Source of the DNA: Orbicella franksi
Lineage: Eukaryota
Length of the DNA stretch: 64,000 bases
Direction of reading: 5' to 3'
Assembly: GCA_964199315.1 (NCBI GenBank)
Contig: OZ116701.1
Location: 868,001 to 932,000, forward strand
The notes beneath the pieces are model-generated. The model worked only from the letters and a program-made list of their open reading frames with translations, was not told where the DNA came from and searched no databases. The position numbers and the translations under genes were made by a program. Shown one piece after another: positions 1-12,000 of the stretch (the stretch's first letter is position 1; each line of letters opens with the position of its first letter).

Positions 1-46
1 CATCAATAGCGTCCTCCATAACCTCCATCCATCCCTCAAAAGTAGC
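1..46 (-). CDS. Gene B exon, DIII filter ([15 protein letters not shown]; E at 35-37), truncated by the window edge
   Basis: ctttcag acceptor; homologous to the 54-nt exon of gene A. Confidence 0.92.
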
Positions 47-3000
47 CTGAAAGGCAACAGGTTATAATTATCTGCCTTCCTTTTTCCCTCAGGACCATCC
101 ACATCAGCTACTATTGAATCTGTTTTTTTTTTTTAGAATCCCATTGTATTATTTTTATTCAGATTTTAACAGTTGGTGTGATATCTCACGATTTTTACCA
201 ACTTAACTGAGTGGAGATGCCCCTCTTCTGCGCTATCAAATATTTTTTCCATTGACACCTGAATTATATATAACTATATTATTAAGTTGACCTGTCGCTC
301 TATGATGTTGTTAGTACTGCTATTGTGCCAACTCTTTAGAAAAGTACATCATGATTTCCTTCAAAATATTCGAAATACGGAATCTTTAACTTCTTAATTA
401 AACATACCACTTGAAGAAGTGCCAAAAATCCGTTGCCAGAATTATCAAAGTTAACGTTTGAGTTAATCCAGCGGTCTCCTCTTGCAAGGCATGCGGACTT
501 GTTAGCCACTACAGAAGCGTCATACTTAACGCCGCGCGCGTCGACACACTTGTAGAATTTCCCGCCAAAAAGATTGACGCCCATGATACTAAAAATAAGC
601 CAGAATACCAGGCACACGAGAAGAACATTGGCGATTCCGGGTATGGCGTGAAACAGAGAGCTGATCACCACCTGAAAAATAAAGCCAAGAGGCTTAAAAA
701 TGTCACAGTCCGCATTAATCGACGACCATATTAACATAATTTGTCACAGACCATTTTCTTCTCGGAACAGACAAGGTCCGTGGACAAATATCCTAGCATA
801 TTTTCGTGCCAAATGGTGGCTATCGTTTATATAACACGATGTATGTTGTTCCCAGTAACGTTCAAAGGATAGCAAGCCGACATAAAGTGTAGGCGTTATT
901 TCATCCTATATACTAGTGTGCTGAGTTGTCACCGATTGGAATTTTTTCCTTGTGTATCTAAACCGGATCCCAGAGGGGTCACGTTTTGGAGTTTTCTTTT
1001 ATGGCCAATTCCCTGCACGAGGCGCACCTGCAAGGAATCATGGTGGTTGCAAAAATAATATATATCCAGTCCAAGATGATGGAAACAACTACCGTGATTC
1101 CCTGCGGGCGTGCCTTATGGAGGAAATTGGCCATTTGCCTTACATGTACTAAAAGCTATCTGGTTGAAAAGTGCACTGGTTGAAGAAGGTGGCGTGCTTC
1201 GAGACACTGCAAGATCATAGAGCAATAATGAAAATAAAAATATTGAAATAGGGACATCGGAAACTGGGAAATAACGGCGCTTAAAGCATTTTAAAATAAC
1301 TCACCCTCATGCGTTCAAATCTGGAGATTGCCCTCAGTGGCCGCAAAGCTCTCAGTGTTCGCAGAGAGCGAATAGACATGACTTCTTCATTGCCAAACAA
1401 AGCGATGAGCGAAACCTTTTGAAAGAATGAAAATACATTTTCAGACACAATAACTGGTACCACCAGAGCTGTTATTTTTTTCTGGATAAATTTTGAAATG
1501 TTGTGCTATCCCCAGGCTAGTAATTCATTTGAGGAATCAAAAATAGGGACATCGATAACGTTCACTAAAACAAACTGAACATAAAACTATTGGATAATAA
1601 TCGTAACTAATGGAAAGGTAATCAACTTCTGAAGGAGCTATTGAAACAAAGCTTGACTGTGGAGCTGTTAAACTCAGAGCCACCGTGTTCAAGTAAATCC
1701 AGTAACAACTTAAACGGCGATTTTAACCCGAGACTTCTAAATTTAAAGTCAAACAACTAGAATACTTAGCTACAGCAACTCTCATTTTACAGCTAGGGAG
1801 AAATTCGGAAACACCTCAAGAGGAAGATTTAACAAGATTACTTACCACTATGATAACGACATCAAGCCAGTTCCACGCGCTCGAGAAATAGGACGTGAAA
1901 CCGAGACCGATGATTTTGAGTAAGAACTCGAGCACGAACACAGCGGCAAAGAAAATGTTGAGCACCCTTAAAACCTCCTTCAAGGTTGGTCTGCTGTCCA
2001 AGTAGACGTCTTCGAAGGCCTTAGAAGAAGTGAAACTTGTATATTTAAAAACTTTTGCAAATCAAATGGGTTTGGCATAGTCAAGTTATTTCAAGTCATT
2101 GAGTAAAATTGAAGAAAACTTTCAAGCACGTTAGAAAATGAGCAATTATCTTCAAGTTTTTCATAGGCAGAGAAAAACTCTTTTTTTTTTTGCAAAAAGA
2201 AAAGATCTTTTTATTGGTTACAACAAAATAAAATTACAATGAACACACTTAATATAAAATTACAAGTCGAGCACCATCTTGCTTACATAGTCACTATAGT
2301 CGAGCATAAAGTATGGATAGAATGCATCAGGGTTAGAGGCATCTCATACAAGAATCTTTCTCTTCAGACGACTATCAATGATCAGCTTTTGTTCCACCTT
2401 AATAACAAACTCGTCTATGTTGCAATGCTTAGGGTACATTTTCTGATAGTATAAGTAATATTTTGCAAATAATAAACAGTAATTAAATTGTAGAACGCTG
2501 TTTTCAGAAATATTTATCACTATTCCAAACAATATCTCATGAGACTTTGGGGAGAAAGTGCAATTGAATTTTGCATTGAACCAATCGACAAGTTTGGTAT
2601 AAAAGTCTTGAGTAAAATGGCATTCAACAAAGGTATGAAGGATCGAGTCCGGCTCTTTACAGTATAAACATTTGTTTTCGTCTTCTAAACCGTAGGTACA
2701 TAATTTCTTCTTGGTAACAGTTAGTCTATGAATCAACTTAAAGTTAAATTCTCTCAATTTATTTTCACAACATGTTTGTCCAATAAGAGTAAATTTTGAC
2801 CTCCAATCGATGTTATCTAATTTTAATTCTTTTTTCCCATTTTTTCCGTCCAGTGGCAGTACAAGTACTACCATTAATGTAGAGCCAATAGTAGTCCCTA
2901 CACTTCATTTTACATGGGTCAATGGCAGAGATTAACTTGATAATCACCGATTTGGAGCGGTGGTGGTTTTTTCATGCCTTGATTCGCTATGCTTACTTTT

Positions 3001-6000
3001 GCAGACATTCGACATTCATTCAGTTTTTTCGTTGACATGTTAAATCGACCAGTCATGATCAGAGGGCTATCTAAACGAACATGGTCAGTCTTTGTCGCGT
3101 ACGTTCTTAGCAACGTATCATTAGGGACCTTACGCAGAACACGACGGCAACGGCAACGAGAACGTCACCAAACAAAAGGTCTAATGAGCAAAACAATGGC
3201 TGTGCACGTGCATTATAATTCTAGGTACATTTCTTTGCCTTCCTCTGCAAAACAGAAACGTGAAATGACCAAATTCTGCGTTGTCTGGAGAACGTGAACC
3301 ACAACGGCAAATTTTTCGTATTTCTATTTGGAACTGAACGCATTCGTAGCATATTCAGCAGGGGCAAGTTTTAATACCGACAGACACACTGAAAAGTTCC
3401 AAATAAATGCGAAATTTCAAAGTAAAATAGAAAATTTTTACTAGGCGTCGTCCTCGTCGTCGCCGTCTTATATGCGTAAGGTCCCTATTGTGAAATAGAC
3501 GGCACATTCCTGCCTGGCAAATCTGATTCCGAGTTTGCCGTCGACATTCGACGGTTTGGCATATAGTGAGTCATGAAATATAACAGAGTGATATCAGTGT
3601 AACTGTGATAATATCATGGACATGCTCAAAGAAAAATCCACTCACCAAAGCAATGCTACTTGCTGCAATTAGAAACACGATGAACCATTCAAAATACTTG
3701 TGCTCCACAAAGCATTTAACTTTGTGACGTACGCACATCCAAATCACGTGACATGTGGTATCTTCAAACCTACTACAGCAGCTGCGCTGAGTCGGAAAGC
3801 AGTTGTCAACTTCATATTCCCGGGTGTTCAAGGAACAGCAACATACTGTTTTTGGTGAGTCAGGCGGGCAGTCCACTTGCGAGGCTCTCCTAGATATTGA
3901 TCCCACTGTGTCTGTATGGCCATTGCTGACTAAAAAAGAGAAATTCAACTGCAATATGATTATTTCATTCTGTGAGAAAGCATTTGCTTACTTAACTACT
4001 GAAGTCGATTTCAGTTAAATAGTCGAGGAGGTTTCTTTCGTCTTCTCCATCTTTCGCAATTGCGTTCTACGTAAGACCCTCACTAAATCGGCTACCTTGT
4101 TGGCAATTTAAACCAAGTCTGAATTAATTGAAAACTTGTCCAATGCTGATCCTTCAAATAACTGGTTACATTTTTGCAAGTAGCCGCGTCTTGCAATACG
4201 TCTAGCATTGATAATTCTTGTCATCTTAATTTTCCTAATCTTAGCAATCTATGGTGCTATTTGGCTAGTAATTACTTCATTGCTCTTTTTATTTTACAAT
4301 TCAAGAAAAATCAGCTTCAATCTGTTCAAGAAGGGAAGAATCCGTTTTCAAACGAAAGCAAGTTAGTGTGGACAGGGCTTAATCTATACAACTGCAGCAT
4401 GTGAAGTACAGCGTCGTGAGACAGGGAACTAAAGTTTGCAGTCCACAAATCCAGTAGTGTCTGTACTCACAACAGTTCCTTAGAACTCAGTTAAACTGCG
4501 AAGTAAGAGTTCCAGGGACGTCTGGGCTCGAATTGGTCTTATTAGTCATCACAGAAACAATTCTATGAAACTTTACGATGGTCAACTTCTTCACAGCAGA
4601 AGGACGAAAAACACTGCCTATATGTCTGGTATTGGGGGAGACTATCCATAAGTAAATACTCAAACCCTAGTTTTGTGCGTACTTACTTTCCACGACCTCT
4701 TCTGTCGGGGATACACTGTTTTGAGGCCACCTGACTTTGGATTTGATTCTCCTGATGAAACGCGACGCAATCACGACCTTTCTTAGGCGCGTGAAGATTC
4801 GGTTCTTTTTATTTCCTTGCGCGGATGAGGGCGAGGCTTGACCAGCGAATGAGCTTAACAGAAGCGCCAGGAAAAGGTTCAAGATCTGAAACGTGACAGA
4901 ATCGTGAGTATTGTTGCCAACCTATTGGTAAATAACTTCGATGTATTGGAGTTTGTATGGAAATAAATAATTCATTTTGTTTCATTTCGCCTCCGATCCA
5001 AGTTACACTGGCATATCGAAATTGGTGCATGAACAAATATTGGAATGAATTTCATTTTTACTTATGTATAAGTCAGTATGAAAAATCAAAATGACAACGA
5101 AAAATATATTTGTTTACTCACAATAAAGTGTCCTAAAATAAATGCTGGTATGAAGAGTATAATGGAAGCTGGCCCTGCAGCCCTCATGCAGTCCCACAGA
5201 GGTTCAATCCACTCTCCGCAAATAATCCGAAATATTAGCAAAAATGAATGCCAGAAATCTGTGAATCGCCACCGAGGAATTTCGCCGTCGAATTTCTCAG
5301 GCGTGTAGGAAGAACCAAACAGTTGCATGCCCACCACAGCGAAGATATAGATGATGATGGCTAATATGACGGACAGGTTGGCAAGCGCTCCCAGACTGTG
5401 ACCTATTGTTGCCAGAAGGCTTGACATTGTGCTCCAGGACTTGGCGAGCTTTAGAATACGAACCTGGAAAGAACGCCAGGAAAACTAATTGTTATTTTTA
5501 TGAATCAAAATTTGCCAAAAAAGCTGTAAACTTAAAGAAAAGTTACAAAACTGAAAACAAAATTCCCGCTAATCCTGGGATAACCTAATCGGAGTTTGAA
5601 CTAGCCGGCCCTGAGGTAGCTGACTACAGCAAAAACAAAAACTGGAATATTTTGAACCATCTTAAAGGATTTAATTAAAATGCTCACCAGTCTAAATGAT
5701 CTCAATACACTTGTGCCCGTGTTGTCGATGAGGTTTGACAGAGTCAAGACAGTGTCTATGAGACTGATTACCACAACTACGCCATCAAAAATGTTCCAGC
5801 GGCTTTTGATGTAACCACGAAACTTGAAAGCGATCAGCTTGAGAATCATTTCCCCCAGAAAGATAAATGTACAGACCTGCAAAACAGAGCCAAGAATCAG
5901 TTGCAATCCTGATACTAAATGTGAGACTAAACTTTGAAAATAGCTGGAACTTTTGGAACTTGACGGATTGTAAATCATGCGCACCTGGCAAAACATATTA

Positions 6001-9000
6001 TCGAACGAAGGGATGTGGTTTTGTTTGGAAGAGAGCAGGGGTTGTTTTCGTTCTTTATTTTGTCAAACATGTATACCTGTCTTCAAAACCGACTTAAAGC
6101 ACAGCCTGGTAAACCAAAGAATTTCATTACCTCTTCAACGCCATTGTGTTGTGAACTAAAACAAATTTGGGATATTTTTACCCATCGAATTTATCAGGTA
6201 GCTCATTATGCTGCGTTGCCGGGCAGGTACTCAACAACCAATTAGCAATTAACTGATAACTAAAATGTAACTGATAATTAATAATAATAATAGTAATAAT
6301 AATAATATTAAAATACAATATACTTTCCATGAAATGATCAGGTGCTTTTTACACAATAACGATGTAAATTTACAATGGTTGCTAAAAATACAAAACATGT
6401 TAAAACATATAGCATTTCAGTAAAAAGCTAACCTAAAATAATGTCCTTAAAAGCAACTTAAACCGATTAATTGAAGGTTTGGGTGTCTTTACTTACCAGA
6501 TTAACAATATCAATCGCTAAACCCAAATCCTCGTCCATTCCGTGATATTGTATAGACATGAACAGAGTGTTAATCAGAATAATCATGATAATACCAACTT
6601 CAAACACTTTGCCCTCTACGACTCGCTTCACTCGTTTTCTAAATGGTCTCCAAAATCCGCACTTCACAGATAGCCCAGCGCAGCAAGAACAACACTTTTT
6701 GACGGATTTCTCTGGATTCCCGCTTTGATTATTGTTTGTGAGGGTTTTTCTTGTAATTGTGTTGTCCTTAATGTCTTGAGGGCCTTGTTTTATTTGAAAA
6801 ACAGAAATTGACTCGGCTTGTGAGAGTGTTAAAGGGTTTTCAGTGTTTGCTGCTTGATCGAACATGGCTTTGTGAATCGTCTCGTCCAAAACCACATCTT
6901 GTTCACCGTATACGAGGCTCAAGATACTTCTGCGGCTGCGCAGAGAGAAGGTGGAGCCCTGTTGTTTCTGTTTGAAGCGTAAGTTGTCATTTTCCTGAAA
7001 AGAAAACACAGAGTCTTGAATATGTTCTCGTACACTGTATATACTCGAGTTTTAAATAAAAGCTTAAAGATCTCACAGTGGTACCAGCACCACTTTTGTA
7101 GGGATTTCTCTACGTGAGTTATTTCACTTGATGGTTATTTGTTTTTCGTAGCTACATGTTTACCTGCTTAGCATTTTGCACTTCATTTTCATACGATGCT
7201 GCTACTACAGCGAGAACGAGATTGATCAGGTAAAATCGGCCAAACAACACGATGCACAGGAAATAGATCACTGTCCACGGACCCAGGGCGTAAAGGATCT
7301 TAAGAAAAAAATAAAATAATCATGGATAAGTAATCATATTAAAAACTGAATCTTTGGATAATGCAATTCGAGTGTTTGATACGATTATAGCCTATTATAG
7401 TCATATCCAACGCGCGCTCGTGGAATAATTGTTAATTGAGAGGCCAGTTCAACAGCTGATGGTTTCACCATTTTCTCTGCAGTGGAAAACAGTTCAGGGA
7501 ATGATGTTAAGCTATAGAAATTGTATAAGTTATATTCGTCTAGTTCCAAAAAGATGACTATGTTACAAAGCGATTAAAATTGTTTCCCACTTGGAGGCAA
7601 ATAGCAAATGAAACAACAGGCGTACATCCAGGCCAGTGTTCCTATCGCGATCTGTTATCTCTTTAAAGTCGAAGGAAAAAATCGAACTCGATTTGCTCTT
7701 CTTGCCAGGTGATCACCAATATACTAACTATGTACCGTTCGAGCAAGAATACAGTCGTTTTTTTTTTTTAAAAGTTGCCTTTCGGTAGGAGTCGCTGGCG
7801 AGCAATAGAGGGGGACAAAAACGCCTCCTTTCGCAAGCAAATAAGAATTTAAATAACTCACATTATTGTACACATTCTCCCAAAAGTCCAAGGTAACAAG
7901 CTGGAATGACGTCATAATGGCCCAGCCGAAATGATCAAAACTCGTATATCCATAATTAGGATTAGCCCCTGCGTCTGGAAGACAGCTGTGATTGGCTGAA
8001 CAGTGCCTGTAGAGTAAAAATACGAGTACTAATCAGATGCAACTCAAAAAAAGATGTTATGGTGGGCGTGATTTGCTTTGCTCTTTAGCTTTGTAGGAAG
8101 ATCATCTGATGCACTTAAAGCTTTTAATACTTGTTTCTACGCATACACTACACCTTAATATTTCCCAAAGGTATCCTAAAGTACATCCAGAGAGAATTAT
8201 CTTAAAGGTTCACGACATTGTACAAGTGACTCTACTTCCCACCTTCTCGTCTGTACAGTTTTCAGTCTAATATCCTACTGTAGCTCAAATGTAATATGAC
8301 ATGCAGTATGTGAGTAAGGTTCGTGATACATACGCTCACGCGTGCAGTTATTATAGCCATGTGACGGATAAGAGGCTCTTTTGGGAGTTAATGAAAATGG
8401 AAATCAGATCTGCGACTATTTCCTTTTCCAAAAATAAAGCAAAATGCATCAGCAACCGAGAACAGGAATTAAGACGTAGAATAGACCAACTTGATGTTAT
8501 TATCTGCGATAATTTTTCTTCTCCTTACATCGATGGAGTACTACGGGAGTATGACGGACTGAAAACGGAACTTAAGTCAATTTACGAAGAAAAAGGAAAA
8601 CAGGCAATGTTTAGAGCAAAATGTCGTTGGATAGAAAATGGTGAACGCCCAACAAAGTATTTTTTCAATCTTGAAAAAAGTAATTACAACAAAAAAACTA
8701 TATCAGTGAACTTCGATTACAAAATGATTCTATTACGCGCAACGAGACACTGATTCTAGAGCAAATTGAAGATTATTATAGAAACCTATATACCTCGGAT
8801 TTAACCTTTTCTGAAACAGCTTATGACACATTCACTGAAAATGTTGAATCGCCTAAGCTTTCAGAGGACGTGAAAGGAACCTTGGAGGGTCCACTTACGT
8901 ACGAAGAATGCAAAAAGATACTAGAAACCTTTCAGAATGATAAAGCACCGGGGGAAGATGGATTTACCGTTGAATTTTATACCTATTTTTTCGATCTTTT

Positions 9001-12000
9001 AGGAAACGATTTAATAGCAAGTTTTAACGAAGCGCACGAGAAAGGTGAACTCTCCATTTCACAACGAAGGGGAATAATTACTTTAGTTCCGAAAGAAGAC
9101 GGGTCACTCCTAGATCTTTCAAACTGGAGACCGATTACTTTGCTTAATGTTGATCTTAAAATAGCGGCAAAAGCAATAGCAAAACGCATTGAACCGACAC
9201 TACCAAACCTTATCCACTCTGACCAAACGGGCTTCGTAAAAGGGAGATACATTGGGGAAAATATCCGACTTATAAGCGACATAATGGAATATACGAATCT
9301 ACAAAACTTACCTGGCATTCTAACCTCCCTAGACTTCCGTAAAGCTTTTGATTCGATTGAATGGCCCTTTATAATGAAAACTTTAGACCATTTTAATTTT
9401 GGTAGTGACATCAAGCGCTGGATTAAGATATTCTACACGAACACAGAAAGTGCGGTACAAAACAATGGTTTTATAACCAGTTGGTTTAAACCATCAAAAG
9501 GAGTTCGACAAGGTTGCCCACTCTCCCCTTATTTGTTTATTCTTTCTGCAGAGGTACTCTCAAATAAGATACGTCAGGATTCCAACGTGAGAGGAATCAA
9601 AGTCTTCGGTAAGGAAATCAAGCTGTCCCAATTCGCTGATGATACAACTCTATTCAATGCGGACATAGAATCTTTAGAAATGGCCTTGAAAATTGTTGGG
9701 GATTTCGAACGAATTGCTGGCCTGTCCTTAAATGTAAAGAAAACGAAGGCGCTTTAGTTGGGGAAATGGAAAAGTAATAGAAGTAAGCCTCTGGATTTAA
9801 AATGGTTCCACAGCCCCGTTAAGATATTGGGGATATATTTTTCGTATAATATTAAGGAGAATAACGAGCTCAACTTCGACAAAAAGATCCAAAAGTTGCA
9901 AATTAAGCTGGATATGTGGAGTTCACGGGACTTGACGATATTTGGAAGAGCCATGTTAATTAAAACCTTGGGCATATCGCAACTTATTTATTCGGCCTCT
10001 AATCTGGATGTTCCCAAAGGAATTGTGGAAATTGTAAGAACAAAATCTTTTAAGTTCCTCTGGAAAAACAAAAAAGATAAAATAAAAAGATCATGCCTTT
10101 ACCAGGATCCAGACAACGGTGGAATACGCATGACCGACTTTGATATTATGTTAAAAGCCCTAAAACTCGCCTGGATCCCGAGACTGTTGCGGACTTCGGA
10201 CAATAGTAATTGGTGTATTATTCCAGAGCACTATTTCAGAAGAAAGGGAGGGTTAAACTTTCTACTAAGGTGCAACTACGACACAAATTATTCTAAAGAT
10301 CTCCCGCCCTTCTATAAGAAGATATTAGACTTCTTCAACGAATTAAAAACTCTTTACTCGTATGATCAAAAGCAGGAGTTAGTATTGTTTAATAACAAAG
10401 ATATATTGGTGGACGGGAAACCCATCTTCCTTAGTGAATGGTTTAAAAAGGGTATTCTATCAATTAATGACCTATTGAATGAAAGTGGCAATTTTTTAAC
10501 ATTCCGCGAGTTTTGGGATAAATATTCCTGTGAATCCAATTTTTTACAGTATCATCAAGTTGTTAGTGCTATTCCGGAACGCTTAAGGTCTCTAGCCAAG
10601 TGCTCCGACATCATCAACAAATCATTTTTTACCGGAAATAATAATATCTTTTCCCTCAACGAATCGACACAAATTAATCTGCCCAAGGCTAAGTCAAAGG
10701 ACTTTTATAATTTGCTTAACGTCAAGATTCACACCGAAGATCAAACGGGCCCTAAACGTTGGAGCGAAAAACTCTCTTTAAAAAGGGACATGTGGACTAA
10801 GATCTTTAAATCACTAAAAAATATTTGTAAGGAAACTAAACTCAAAGAGTTTCAATTTAAATTAATCCATAGAACGATAGTAACTAAGAAAGAACTATTC
10901 AGATTTGGTATTAAGGCGGACGATGAATGTCTATACTGCGGAGATAAAGATTCAATTGAGCACTCTTTTATCGAATGTATGTTTACCAAATTGTTTACCC
11001 AAAAAGTCTTGAGCTGGTTCAACCAAGTGAATGCGTGTCAAATTTCTCCTACCACAGAGGAGACCTTGTTCGGTATTACTGCAAGCTCCCACGACATAGC
11101 AATAATACGGAAATTCAACTACACCACCTTATTTATGCGCCATTATATTTATTCAAGCAAGTTAAATAGCCTGGCCATCTCCATTTAGGATTTTATCAGT
11201 AAGCTACACATTAAATACAAGCTTGAAAATTTGTCTTAATTAAATGTTTTAGTGAGAAGTACTCCTCCCTCCTCAAAGTCAATACACAGTATAACGTATT
11301 GTAAGTAACTGTATGTACAGCAAGTAACGTAAGTAGAGTATTATATTGTTAGCAGTGTAAGTAGCCCGTATTGCAAGTAATTGTAAGGAACTGTATTGAG
11401 TATTGTATTGCCAGCATAAGTGATCCGTATTGTAAGTAACGTAAGTATTGTAGAACTGTGTTTTGTAAATTAAAATTATTAAAAAAAAAAAAAAAAAAAA
11501 ATATGGTGATTCTGACAACATCTACTCACACAGCTCCAGAATTATTTCCACAGACGATGGGTCTGTCCTCAGAGTCAAGTATCCAAACATCTAAAATAAA
11601 CAGGTTGAAAAGAATCAAGAACACGGAAGATCGATCATCGATTAAATCGATCCAGGTATGTATGCAAGTCAATATCAGGAATATTTGTAAGAGCTATTAA
11701 GGATCATTAAGTAAACTAAAAGATATTATGACAAGGTAAACTGTACTTTTCTTTTCTCAATGCGGAGACAATGTAAAGGGAACATAGCGGGTCAGTTTTA
11801 AAATTATTTAAAATGTGCTCTAAACTAGAACTAAACTTTAAAGGGAATCATCATATCGTAAACATGAAGTACTCACTTGGATTGGATGCGTAATCCTTGT
11901 AAGAAATTTGAAGATTCTCGGGCCCAGGCTCCGTGCATTTATTTCTCAATACACCCACAAATACTTGCATGCCGACAAGTGCGAAGATACAAATAAAGAA

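Noticed and set aside
2166-2940. 15-bp TSD for the small LINE fragment (GGCAGAGAAAAACTC versus GGCAGAGATTAACTT)
   Set aside because: Only 12/15 identical and the element's 5' boundary is uncertain.
8301-11188. Three separate genes, or an active autonomous LINE
   Set aside because: The ORFs are one ORF2 broken by a 2-bp insertion and stops; the endonuclease and ORF1 are missing through 5' truncation.
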